Source of the DNA: Bigelowiella natans CCMP2755
Lineage: Eukaryota; Protista; Cercozoa
Assembly: GCA_000320545.1 (NCBI GenBank)
Contig: ADNK01000048.1
Span: 124,001 to 188,000 of the forward strand
Length of the DNA stretch: 64,000 nt
Direction of reading: 5' to 3'
This document shows, one piece after another, positions 30,692 to 54,725 of the stretch. Every line of letters starts with the position of its first letter. Position 1 is the first letter of the stretch. The notes below the pieces were generated by a model. That model saw only the letters and a program-made list of their open reading frames with translations. It was not told where the DNA came from and searched no databases. Made by a program: the position numbers and the translations under genes.

Positions 30692-31097
30692 CTATTTTGA
30701 CCTGCACTTCTCGGTACAGAACTCGTGGTCCCCGTACATAAAGGTTGACTGATGAAAAGGGATGAGGAGGCGTGTAAAGTGTTTTTTGTTTTATTCAAGA
30801 AAAAAAAATCAACACCTCCCCGAGTATCCGTCTTCCACAGCCAAAGCACGCAGGCTCTTTCCTGAGGGCTTCATCATTCACCTATGGTGTACGTTCGAGT
30901 CAAGCCATCTTTCATAGATAGGGTGTAGCGCGTTCCCGTTGCCCCAGCACACACGAAAACAAGAATTGCGCTAGGTATTCATCAGCAGGCACCGAGCGTA
31001 GGTATTGTGCGAAAGATGGAGAGTTGTTTCAACGATGGACCAGATCATTGCCAACATCTTCGACGGCAGCATGGCCGATGGAATCCGTCTGTGGCAT
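30692..31097 (-). CDS. Small FCS-like zinc-finger (FLZ/DUF581-like) protein, 59 aa, 3 exons
   Basis: Exons 31097-31041, 30881-30816 and 30748-30692 are all phase 0 and GT-AG: MPQTDSIGHAAVEDVGNDL|VNDEALRKEPACFGCGRRILGE|STFMYGDHEFCTEKCRSK*. Pattern C-x2-C-x16-FC(S/T)-x2-CR with the FMY-GD motif. Confidence 0.7.
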
Positions 31098-31623
31098 CCC
31101 TCCCTGCTCGGTCCTTGTTCCTTGTTGTTCGTTGTTTCGGGGGAAGGAAAGATGCGTCCAACTCGAAAGCTAAGAGAAGACCAAGCTCCACAGTGTCGAG
31201 TTCCCGCTCCAGGCACAAGAAAGAGCAGAAAAAAGAGACTGCCTCTGCAAAATGGAGGAGGAATTACTGGTAAGACAACAGTCAAATTCATGTCTAACAA
31301 AGATATTCTCCAAACTCGAGTCAGTTCCTCAAGCGGCGACCGATCTGGAAAAAATGGTACCGTTCATTGCAGTACCCCTTCGACATGCTAACATTGGAGG
31401 CGATGGGACAAAACTACGTACGATTTTCATCTTGCGACAATTGTTACATGGCTGTTTACCACAACGAGTCTCAGGTCAGGTGCGCGTCTTGAGGACGCCA
31501 AAATCAAAATTCGGCAGTCCAAAAGCTGCTTGGAGCTGTAGAATGTGAATGGAATTTAAAGGCTATTTTTCACGTACGACAACGTACGAATCGCTCGTAA
31601 ATCCCGTGCCCCCCCTGCAAATT
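31098..31623. promoter_or_regulatory. Putative bidirectional promoter, FLZ unit/CFIm25
   Basis: About 525 bp between divergent ATGs. Confidence 0.5.
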
Positions 31624-33373
<1,750 letters not shown>

Positions 33374-34189
33374 TCATGGGAGACGAAAATTGACTCGTGC
33401 AGAAGTTTATACGATTCATCTAGAAAGGGCAAAAGAACGGTCAAATAGTTGGCCTGAGAATCATGTTGCATGATTTATTCAAGAAAAAGTGTTAAGAATA
33501 ACAATGTGGTCCTGCCACTACAAGCGCATATGCACATGTAGGCAATGCAATCCTGAGCATCGAAAGCATACACTTCAATATAACATAAAATTCGCCGACT
33601 TGCTTTCGTTTGATTTCTGTATCGCTCGAAATAAAGAAGTAACATCTTGACCACGTCGTAATTGTATGTGTGTGTGCACGCTACACGGTGAAGAGCAAAG
33701 CAACTGTTAGCAACTCGTAGCATGCACCTCACACAATTCGTGCGAAATTATCGAATCAAGCTACACGTACACAAATGGCTTACAAAACTCTGTAAGGGTT
33801 GCAATAGCGTGACGCAACCTCGCTAGCTCGCCGCGGTAGACAAGTCAGATATAAGTAGCTGCTTATTGTAGCTTATAACAGCAGCGCGTAGCACACTCGG
33901 GTGCATGCATACATATAGCATATACTATCATATCTACATTAGAAAGACCATTGAAAGAATTTAATCGTTTCATTACATCCGTCTCATACTATTATATCAT
34001 GATGCATCAACCAGAGTAACGGGTATGTATGACCCAATGATAGCGACGTAAGCAGCGCCTATGCACGTGTTCGCGATTTCACGACTCTTTTTTTATCTGT
34101 TGGCTGCATGTCTGTCTGCATACAGCATTGACTTTTAACGCTTGCGAGCATTGGATCAACGTATACGGTAAGTCCTCGGCTTCGGTTTC

Positions 34190-34903
34190 TTATACTATTG
34201 GGTGCAAATGTGTGGCGGCCATGTCACTACGACCGATATAATGTGAAACAAAAGCAGTATCCTCAGAGTAAAGCTTCATAGCAGCTTCCCAGGTGCTGCG
34301 TAACAGCATGCAGCAAAATATCACATGAAATCTTATCAAAGCCTTGCGATGGTGAGACTTAGCGCACAACTGTAGAGCGAATGTTAGTTGTTTTTCTAAA
34401 ATAAATCTATCGGTCTCTCATTCGATTTGAAGGGGATCCCGTGTGTTTGTGTTTGGCGGAGAACTAGTGCGAAACACGAAAGGTAATGAGAAGTTACCAC
34501 AACCACGTCACAACGTAAATCACGGAAAGGCCTTATCTTGACGACGCTACATAATACAGAGATGCACACTACCTCTGATTACTGTAGTATCTTGTGTAAA
34601 GCATACTCGAGTTCCTACGCCGTTGGGCAGTAGAGGAGCAAATAAAACCCATAAAATAACCAAATCCATAACCTCGTCACCTCATGAAGTCGTTAATCAT
34701 CATCGCAGTAGTCATCGTCGTCATTCTCACTATGTATGTTGTCAGCATTTTCTTTGTTGTTGATTATTCGGATGGGACAAACGTGTTATGCTGAGAGTCC
34801 GGGTTGCTCCCGTCGAGGGGGAAGATGTCGTTCAGTGTGAGGTTTCTCGGGAGGGCTGGCAGCGAGGAATCTCGAGAAATTCTACCCAGCATATATACAA
34901 CAT

Positions 34904-34940
<37 letters not shown>

Positions 34941-37900
34941 AACACAAACACACATTAACCACGTCAACACACGTGAGGAAGGCCCACGTTCAAAAGCGGA
35001 CTTTTGTACGGCACTGGCAATGCATACTCTTTCAGAAGGCTGTGGATCTGTAGCGAGAGGGATGAATTCACCGCGCCAACGTGAGTGTAGTGCCTGGTAG
35101 GAACAACAACCGTGCAAACATACAAATATTTGCATACGATATTACAATGTATACACGTATTTACAATGTGTTATAATATTGCACAAAAACTTGAATTTCA
35201 GGGGACTGCGAAGATTGGAGAGTTGTCATATAGCATAGCAGAACACGCATCCCCTCTTCTTCATCCTATACGGTACTACTGCTTTATCATCGACCAATCT
35301 CACCCAATAGTGTTCTCGAGCCCCCCGCAAAATCGGTGTTGAGGCAGGAAATGGAGATTGAAAGGATTCTAATGGAGGCAGTTGTAAGTATGGTTTTTAA
35401 GTAGTAGTGAGACTAGTAGTGAGACTGTTTCTCGAGGGTAACATTATATATTGCACTCAAGACTCTTTCTGCACCTCATAGTGGCCCATTTCGAGCCTCC
35501 AGAGCGAAACCTTTGAAGAAAGAGATAATGAATAAACGGTGAATAAACGGTGAATCATGTAATAGTAACAATGGTGGCATGAGATGCTATGGCCACGAAT
35601 AGTATTCCGGATGGTGTAGCTGTCTATTCTGGCTTCTCCTACTACTTCCTGCTAACACTACTTCCTGCTAATACTACTACTACTACTACTGCTGCTGCTG
35701 TGCTGTACACGTACTCTGAGCTTTTGAAGAAAAGTACCAAACGGGACAGGATTTCTATGGCAAACGTTCAACCAAAGAGATGTGAAAACGTGCCAACAAC
35801 ATTCCCAACAACCAACACATAAAGGCTGACTAATAGACAGAGACACGGGGATGAGAAAGGGGAAGGGCTCGCATTCAGATCTAGCAGTATCACGTCGTCC
35901 AAGCCTTCTCGATTATATTACTGAATGTAGTAGAGATCTTCAAAGTTCTCGCAGTTTCCATTGGGAACCGTGAGCCCGGGATTGCCTTTATATATGTTCA
36001 GAACAAATCAATCATCTTTCGATTCAAATGCACAGCTTTCCAAAGAAGACTGATGATCTCGAGTGCGGGCAATTTTTTTCGAAAGAGTGACTATTTTCCT
36101 CGCTGACAAGCACCGCGTAATGGTGCGGTTGCTCTCTGCGCGTCGCTGTTGCATACGACATGTTGGTAGGGCGAAGATCAGAGGAAATTCGAATCTCAAG
36201 GAGGCATGTACTGGTTTCCATCCAGATGCAGCTGCTGCTGCTATACTGCTAATACCACTACTTTCACGACGAATCGGACGTCGGTAACACTATTATAACT
36301 ACTTTCCATGCAGCCGGGAGTCGGATGATACGTTTTGTACTCGATGCACGGGCTATCCTCGTGCTGAGATTATGCGAAGAGGAGGAGGAAGGAGGAGAAA
36401 GAGGGTTACATTATGAGGTGTAGAAGCTATCCAAACAGCAGGAGCAGCAGCATCAGCAGCGGTATCAATCGCACATTGACGCATTTGGAGATGTAAGCAG
36501 AAAGGAGTCGCTCCAAAGGGTCTCGAAGAAACACAGCTTTTCTCCTGATTATGGTGGTGAAGAAGAAGCAGAGAGAGAAGAATCCAAGTCATATTCACAC
36601 GCAGTAGCGCCAAAGTGACGAAATCGGAGTGATGGGGGGAGGGGGACGATGAGATTGACGATGATAAGAACGATTAAGTGATAAATGTGATTGAATCCAA
36701 AATAAGAACTTCTTCCCCATCTTTCTCTATCGTTTACCAAGAGCTATTTTTCATGATTGCATTTAGATCTGTGGTGGAATATCCAAGCTCTTCGGGTCTA
36801 CAACAGCGACAAATAGCAGTTATCCAGTCGATCAGTAAGGGCATCTCATTTAGATTGGGCTCTTTTTTGTGGGGACGTGTATAGTGTCTGTGCTACTTAC
36901 TGGCTAGCCCCAAGATCGTAAGGCGACTCCACTTCATTTAGCCTGTAAAATATAAAGAGTTTCAATTTGCATGTGCATATATAATGTGCGCGTGCGTGCG
37001 TGTGTGTATTGATACATAAGTATGTCTTAAGCCACACACAGAAGTGATGATGGTGATAATGATAATTATGATAATGGAGATGCTGCCTAAACGAGATGGC
37101 GATAATGATGATAATCAGTTGACACTGATGATGATGAGGATGATAATGATGATGATGATAGCGCTGCTGTTGCTGCCAGATACAACGAAAGTGTTATTGA
37201 TAATAGATGACCACAGGACGACTACCTATTAAATAGAAGCGCCATATTCGTGTTTGCATTCTTGTCTATACGGCACATCAGGAGCCTGAAGTACATCATC
37301 ATAGTTCCACGGCAACAATGAGCGAGTAGTTGTTGATGACGAGGATTACAATATCATCATATAATAACGGCGACTAAGGAGTGAATCTTGCTAAGTTTTC
37401 AGAGTGCTGTAACCATTGCGCTGTGTCCTTCAAAATGTCTTAGTTTTGAACATTACTTAAATGTTTTCAATCAAATTTTCGCAATGTTTCGAACCTCAGT
37501 TTGGGAACTATGAGCATGGACTCCAAGCCTCCATACCGTGGAATCTCCTCAACTAGCTCACTTGTTGCCTCTTTCTTCTCGTCACCAGAATTTGTTGTAT
37601 TCTCGCGGAGGAAAGTCTTCCAGTCACGCTTCCATTCGTCCGGTACTTCTGATTCATATGGCACTTCGTCCGAATCTTCGGTAGCTGCAAGTGGCTCTTC
37701 TTCAAACAAGCTCTCGAAGCCGTGCTGCCGAACATTGGTCTTTTTTTTCCCTCGATTCGGCTGAGCATCCTGAACAACGTCTTTCTCTTCAACATTCTCG
37801 TTCTCGCTGCTTCCTCCTCCTTGGGGAGTCGAGAATCCATGCTTTCGGACTTTCCTCTTCTTCTTGGCGTTCGACCTTTGGCTTAGCGATGACGATGAGG

Positions 37901-38738
37901 AAGACTCAGGCGATGTAGAAGCAGTCCTTGCAATAGATGCCTGCACGTCCTCCTCGTCTTCCTCAATTTCACTCTCTTCTCCGTGTTGTCCTGACCTCGT
38001 TCTTTTATCCCTTCCCTTTTCCTTGTTCTTATCCGCTCGGAGGTGGTCCCGGTTTTCCAAGGTTGATGAGGATGACGATGCTGCTTTATCAGTGCCATGC
38101 CTCTCGGAAGGAGCTCGTTCAGGTATTTTCTTTGCAACAGTGGCTTCATCATCGCTAACCGTTCCTCCATGAGTACCGGATTCTCTCACATACTGGGTTC
38201 TCTTTTGTTTGTGAGTGCCGCTAATGACTTCTTCATCTGGATCAGACCTTCTTGCAGCATCTGATGATGATGATAATGATGATGATGATGATGATGAGGA
38301 TGAGGAGGAGGATGAGGAGGAATCCGTGTTAGGATGAAGGATTTCTTGTGGGACAGGATGAGAGGATGCGATGCTGCTCGAAGGAGGCTGCTCTGGATCC
38401 TCCCCCTTTGATTTCTCGTGAAACTGATCTACAGGCACTGTCGGTATTGATTGATGGTCACGATGGGAGGTCGGGACCGCCTTCTGAACCGCCACAGCCA
38501 CAAAGAACACCGGCGAAGCAATGAAGACGGCGAACGCCATGATTATGAACAACCTCGTGAGATTCAACGATGGCAGTTGCGCTAACAGGGTTGAAATCTT
38601 GGAGCATATAGATTGTGTGCCAGACGCGCTAGTTCTCTTCGTATTTGAACCGAGCGTCGACGGCGGACGTTGGAACTGGCGGTCCCAGCGCTTGAGGTAC
38701 TGCTTTATCCAAGCTCCTGCTGACGACGACGACCACAT
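34190..38738 (-). CDS. Golgi carbohydrate sulfotransferase (Sulfotransfer_2/CHST family), type II membrane protein; 3' end approximate
   Basis: N-terminal TM (LFIIMAFAVFIASPVFFVAVAV) and long S/E/K stem. 5'-PSB-like LIVPKLRLLMCRIDKNANT; 3'-PB WRKAVFLRDPLERLLSAYISKC; NLHFLPQHRFC; C-terminal QHNT...YY...KLYSED. Confidence 0.88.
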
Positions 38739-40093
38739 GGCTACGTGACAGTGATAACACTGCTGCTGTATCCAAGTGGAAGATCAAGTGAAGCTTGGGA
38801 TCGGGTATGCATGACGTGGTTTCATGACGGCGTGCTGATCAATTGACGTCAGAGGAGGAGAAGCAGTACAAGGAGAAGCAGAGCACGCAGAAGATAGGCA
38901 AAAAGATTTAGTACTTTCAGGATAAAAAAACCGTTTCTTGACTTTGCTGACTATCGACCGCAGTCTTTTATCAAATAATACATTTTTACTGGATCTACAA
39001 CGATCTACTTCGTTCAAGAAATATCGTAATCTTTTTTGCCAAAACTGAAAACCATCATTCCAGTATGAAAAGGGGAAATTAATGTTGCCGTTGTTAATAT
39101 TTACTCTGCGACATTGTTCATTCTATTGCTGCTGATTCGTAGGTAATTTTGCCAAATCAAATGTTTATGATTAGATTACTTTATGTACAAATGTCAAATT
39201 CTTAAGAAAAATATTTCGGAACCTGCTTCAAAGTTTAGGTAGCCAAAGGAAAATATAGGGGATTCGTGGAAGTTTGGGGCTTTGAGAGGGGAAATTGAAA
39301 CACAAAATCTCTTTAAAAATTTCCTTCCATTATAATAGAAGCGAGGAATTCTCTCTTTTGATAAATAGAGCGATAGCGTTACACCAAAAAGCACACAATT
39401 GTACACATTCTCTGAATATGAGCCGTTTGCATTCTCCGAGCCATTGTTGATTCTGAATTGGGATGGCAGGTGTTCGTTCTTCGGATGAGAGTTGTCCTCC
39501 TATTTTTTTTTCTTTATCACATGATAGTTATTGTCTTCCACCCAGATCCCTGGGCATTTATAGTTCCTTTGTTTTGATTTCTAGAGGTATTTCTGGCTCA
39601 CACGTGAACTTCGCAGAGGTTATCTACCTTGCTATCGTGCGTACCGTCATAAAATATTTTGAGACGTAAGCTAAGAATGAAGTTGTTTTACAGGTATTTG
39701 TCGTTAGATCTCCCAATTCTTAGATCTAAATCCGAGCATCATTTCTTCTTCTTCGTCTGCCCCCCCCCCGGTTCTCCTGGGATTCTATTTCCTGTCGTTA
39801 CAGGGGACATTTTGGGAAAATTCTAAAGGAGAAGAGTGGGGAAGGACCAACTTGAACATTAGAAGAAAGTGGGACCATTGGATCAATTGTATGCGCATTG
39901 GGGGTTGAGTTAATTCCAGATTGGCACAACAATCCTCTTTTCTTTGGTAATTTTCGTGAGGTCATAGTTTTTCGAAGAGAAGAAGCTACATATAATAGCG
40001 ATCCTTCGGTTGTAAGCGAATTCGAAGGAAGTACGATTTACTAGTTCAACAAGGCAAGATTTACGACGAATCTCAAGCTTCGAGCTCTAGATA

Positions 40094-41083
40094 ATGCAAC
40101 TGTGTGCACAGGATAAAATATGGGACGATAACAAAGCAAAAACCAGTGAAATAGACTTTCCCGGTCGAAAGAGACGTAGATCTTCTCCTCAAAGAACATT
40201 TTATAACGATAACAGAGAAGACAAATTCGTCAGAGAGAAACGAAGGAGGAGAAAGCTCCGACTCTCTAGAATGGGTGTCGGAAATTCACGTATGCCTTCT
40301 GAATTATCCTTAGAGGCCTTCAATTTTATTCCCTCTCAGCCACCTAAAATTTTGCCCAAATCTAAGCTGATTAGCAACAGCCCAACCTCAACTATAATAC
40401 ATGGAGGGTTGAAAAGTGATTTACATACTGATGTAAAACAGCAAGACGAAAACACTTGCCCTCCATCGCTAGGTATGGACTGTTTGAACATGAAAACTAT
40501 TGGCGAGTTTGAGATAATATCAAAGTCCCCCCTCTCTTATACGGAAGGGCTTTCGCGTCGTCTTGTGCATACAAATCGGAAGCGGAAAAAGGTTACGGAT
40601 TGGACAGAGGGGAAGTCTGTGAACAAACCTATCCAACCGAAGCGCCTCCGTTTCGACGAGACTATCCCTCAACGCCACTCAAATGTCTCCCCTGTCCATC
40701 CTTTCCCAAATATATCTTCGTTTGCATCCTCGTCATTTCAGCATGGGACTGCAAGAAGAAGCTGTTTTCTCGACGAAGATTACCGGGGAAGGACAAATCC
40801 ATTCTCGTCATCCTCATCATCCTCGCTGTACGATTTTGCTCCTGACAGCCTGCAGCATCACAGGGGAGCTGGTGCTCTTAGACTAGGCAAATCAGAAGTC
40901 AAATCTACCCCAAAGCTCTCCAGGACATCGGCAGTGCAGATGCAGACTGAGGATGATAGCAGCAGTCCAACTCGCTGCACTTCTTTTTCAAGAGCAGCCA
41001 GCATAGATAATTATCTCAGATATGAGGTCTTGGGAATGAAAAATATGTTGAGGTCATCACGGGGGGATATTGGATACAGATAA
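40094..41083 (+). CDS. Hypothetical S/R/K-rich disordered nuclear protein (329 aa; alternative last exon 41198-41221 possible)
   Basis: Long uninterrupted ORF with no microsatellite origin. Basic clusters RKRRRS and RKRKK, and a KRLRF motif. No globular domain recognised. Confidence 0.6.
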   Translation: MQLCAQDKIWDDNKAKTSEIDFPGRKRRRSSPQRTFYNDNREDKFVREKRRRRKLRLSRMGVGNSRMPSELSLEAFNFIPSQPPKILPKSKLISNSPTSTIIHGGLKSDLHTDVKQQDENTCPPSLGMDCLNMKTIGEFEIISKSPLSYTEGLSRRLVHTNRKRKKVTDWTEGKSVNKPIQPKRLRFDETIPQRHSNVSPVHPFPNISSFASSSFQHGTARRSCFLDEDYRGRTNPFSSSSSSSLYDFAPDSLQHHRGAGALRLGKSEVKSTPKLSRTSAVQMQTEDDSSSPTRCTSFSRAASIDNYLRYEVLGMKNMLRSSRGDIGYR

Positions 41084-42309
41084 AAGCAGTATAATAGAAG
41101 GGCCATCTCTCAAGAAATGTTAAAAGTGTACTTATTTCTATTATCTGCCATTATTTGGCTTGCTAACCCCCTGCATCTTAAACTCTGCCCCCATTAGGAT
41201 TTTAAATCCTATCAAAAGTAAGAATCATAAGAAAGAAATGACTTTGCCAGTCAGTCGAATATAGAATAGTTGATAAATGTCCTGATAAATGTCCAGGAAT
41301 GAATGAGCAATATTTTGCTACATGTACAGTTTCAGTAATGGATAAACCATCTTATCTAAAACATACTATCTTAGAATAGCATGCCTTAAACTGCAAAGAA
41401 TATGTCTAGATGTGTAAAACCATACGTCTCTTGTAAATAAAATTATTATTTCGTGATATATACCTAGATGTATTTTATTCGCTCAATATGGACGACTGAG
41501 TCGATCATACATGAAGTTGCAAAGTCGCGGCTTTGCACTGTCAATCTGCACAGCACCTAGCTTGAGGCGGGGCGACAAAAAATTTGGATAAACCTTCTTG
41601 TATTGTAGTTGCACCACTACATGTAGCGCGCTCTAGCTAGCTAGCGCTGCTACAACTTGCTCTGCGAGGGACTGCTAGACGTCAAGATAAAGTAGTCGTT
41701 GTAAAGTCGTCTCGACGTTTGTGATTGACGGTAGCTGAACTACAGTATGCTAGTATGTTTGTCCAGTGTGTACATCTTGTCAGACACGTACATACACGCT
41801 ATGCAAGCTGCACACCAGTCTAGCTAGCTAGTACTAGAGTAGTGCTGCTGTACTACACATATCGACAAGCTAGCACGACAGCTCGCGATGAGACACATGC
41901 TACATTGCTAGCTAGCTAGATTGGTGTAGCGTGCCAACTTAGTAGATTGCATGCGGCCCAAAACGACTGCATAAGATTTTCTAGATTATACGGCACATGC
42001 ATTGTGTTGTTATGATGTGTTTTACTAGATCACCGTCGATAGTACGCACTGCCAGCACCATCTAGACCATACGTGCATTTTGCATGCTAGTTTTGGCATG
42101 CACGCATCGACCGGCGCAACGCATACCGTGCGGCGATATAGCGATGCACATACACATCACATTAAAATACGTACGAGTGTGTACCGATGAATGACTAGTA
42201 GCGTGCATGTGCGATCCTATGCAATTACCACCATCCACATCAAAAAATGCCGGAGATCTACTAGCTACCCTATGTAGAGACACCACAAGAACGATGGCCC
42301 TACCTAGAC

Positions 42310-54067
<11,758 letters not shown>

Positions 54068-54636
54068 TTAATCTGCTGTTATGCGCGTCGATTGCGACGC
54101 TGTTTCCTAGGATCTCTATTGTGGAATCTCAGATTTGCAGAGCCTCTCGACGCGATGTGGGCATGCCGGCGCGGGGCGGGGATGAGGAAAGGCAGCCAGC
54201 CTGAATTTACCCGTCGTCGTCGTCGGGTTGGCAAATTTGGTGTTGTTCGACGATTTCGAATAAATCCCCTGGGTTTTTGAAATAATTGCAACTGAAACTC
54301 CATTATTTCCCATTTTTCGCCCTCCTCGAACCTCATTCTTGGTCGATTTTTAGTCCCTGAAACATCGGACGACAGATCACCAATTTCGAATGTTAGGTTG
54401 CGACACGAAATTGTATTGTCGCACGTGATTAAATAGATCCATTTCTTTGAAGTTACATCGTTCACTGGTCGTAGGTAACTGACAACGCTTGCATCTGAGC
54501 ACACTTCGCCCCCCCCCGGCACCATCGACGTAGCTGCGAATGAGAGCGTCGAAACTAAATGTTGACCACTAATATTTAATGATAAATTACAAAGGTACGC
54601 GTTGTAATTGATCCTGGGGGCTAGAATTCCACCACC
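54068..54636. promoter_or_regulatory. Putative bidirectional promoter, HRQ1/EF-WD40
   Basis: About 570 bp between divergent ATGs, with A/T-tract-rich sequence. Confidence 0.55.
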
Positions 54637-54686
54637 ATGGCAGCAAATGTCAAAGGGTATGAACTACACACACACATATAAATAAA

Positions 54687-54725
<39 letters not shown>

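Noticed and set aside
31029-31031. In-frame TGA upstream of the FLZ exon, suggesting selenocysteine or readthrough
   Set aside because: A phase-0 GT donor at 31040 places the TGA inside an intron. No SECIS or redox motif was seen.
54079-54525. 148-aa minus-strand ORF upstream of HRQ1
   Set aside because: It stops before the MPPRKKRK start, has no recognisable motifs and lies in the divergent promoter gap. At most a uORF.
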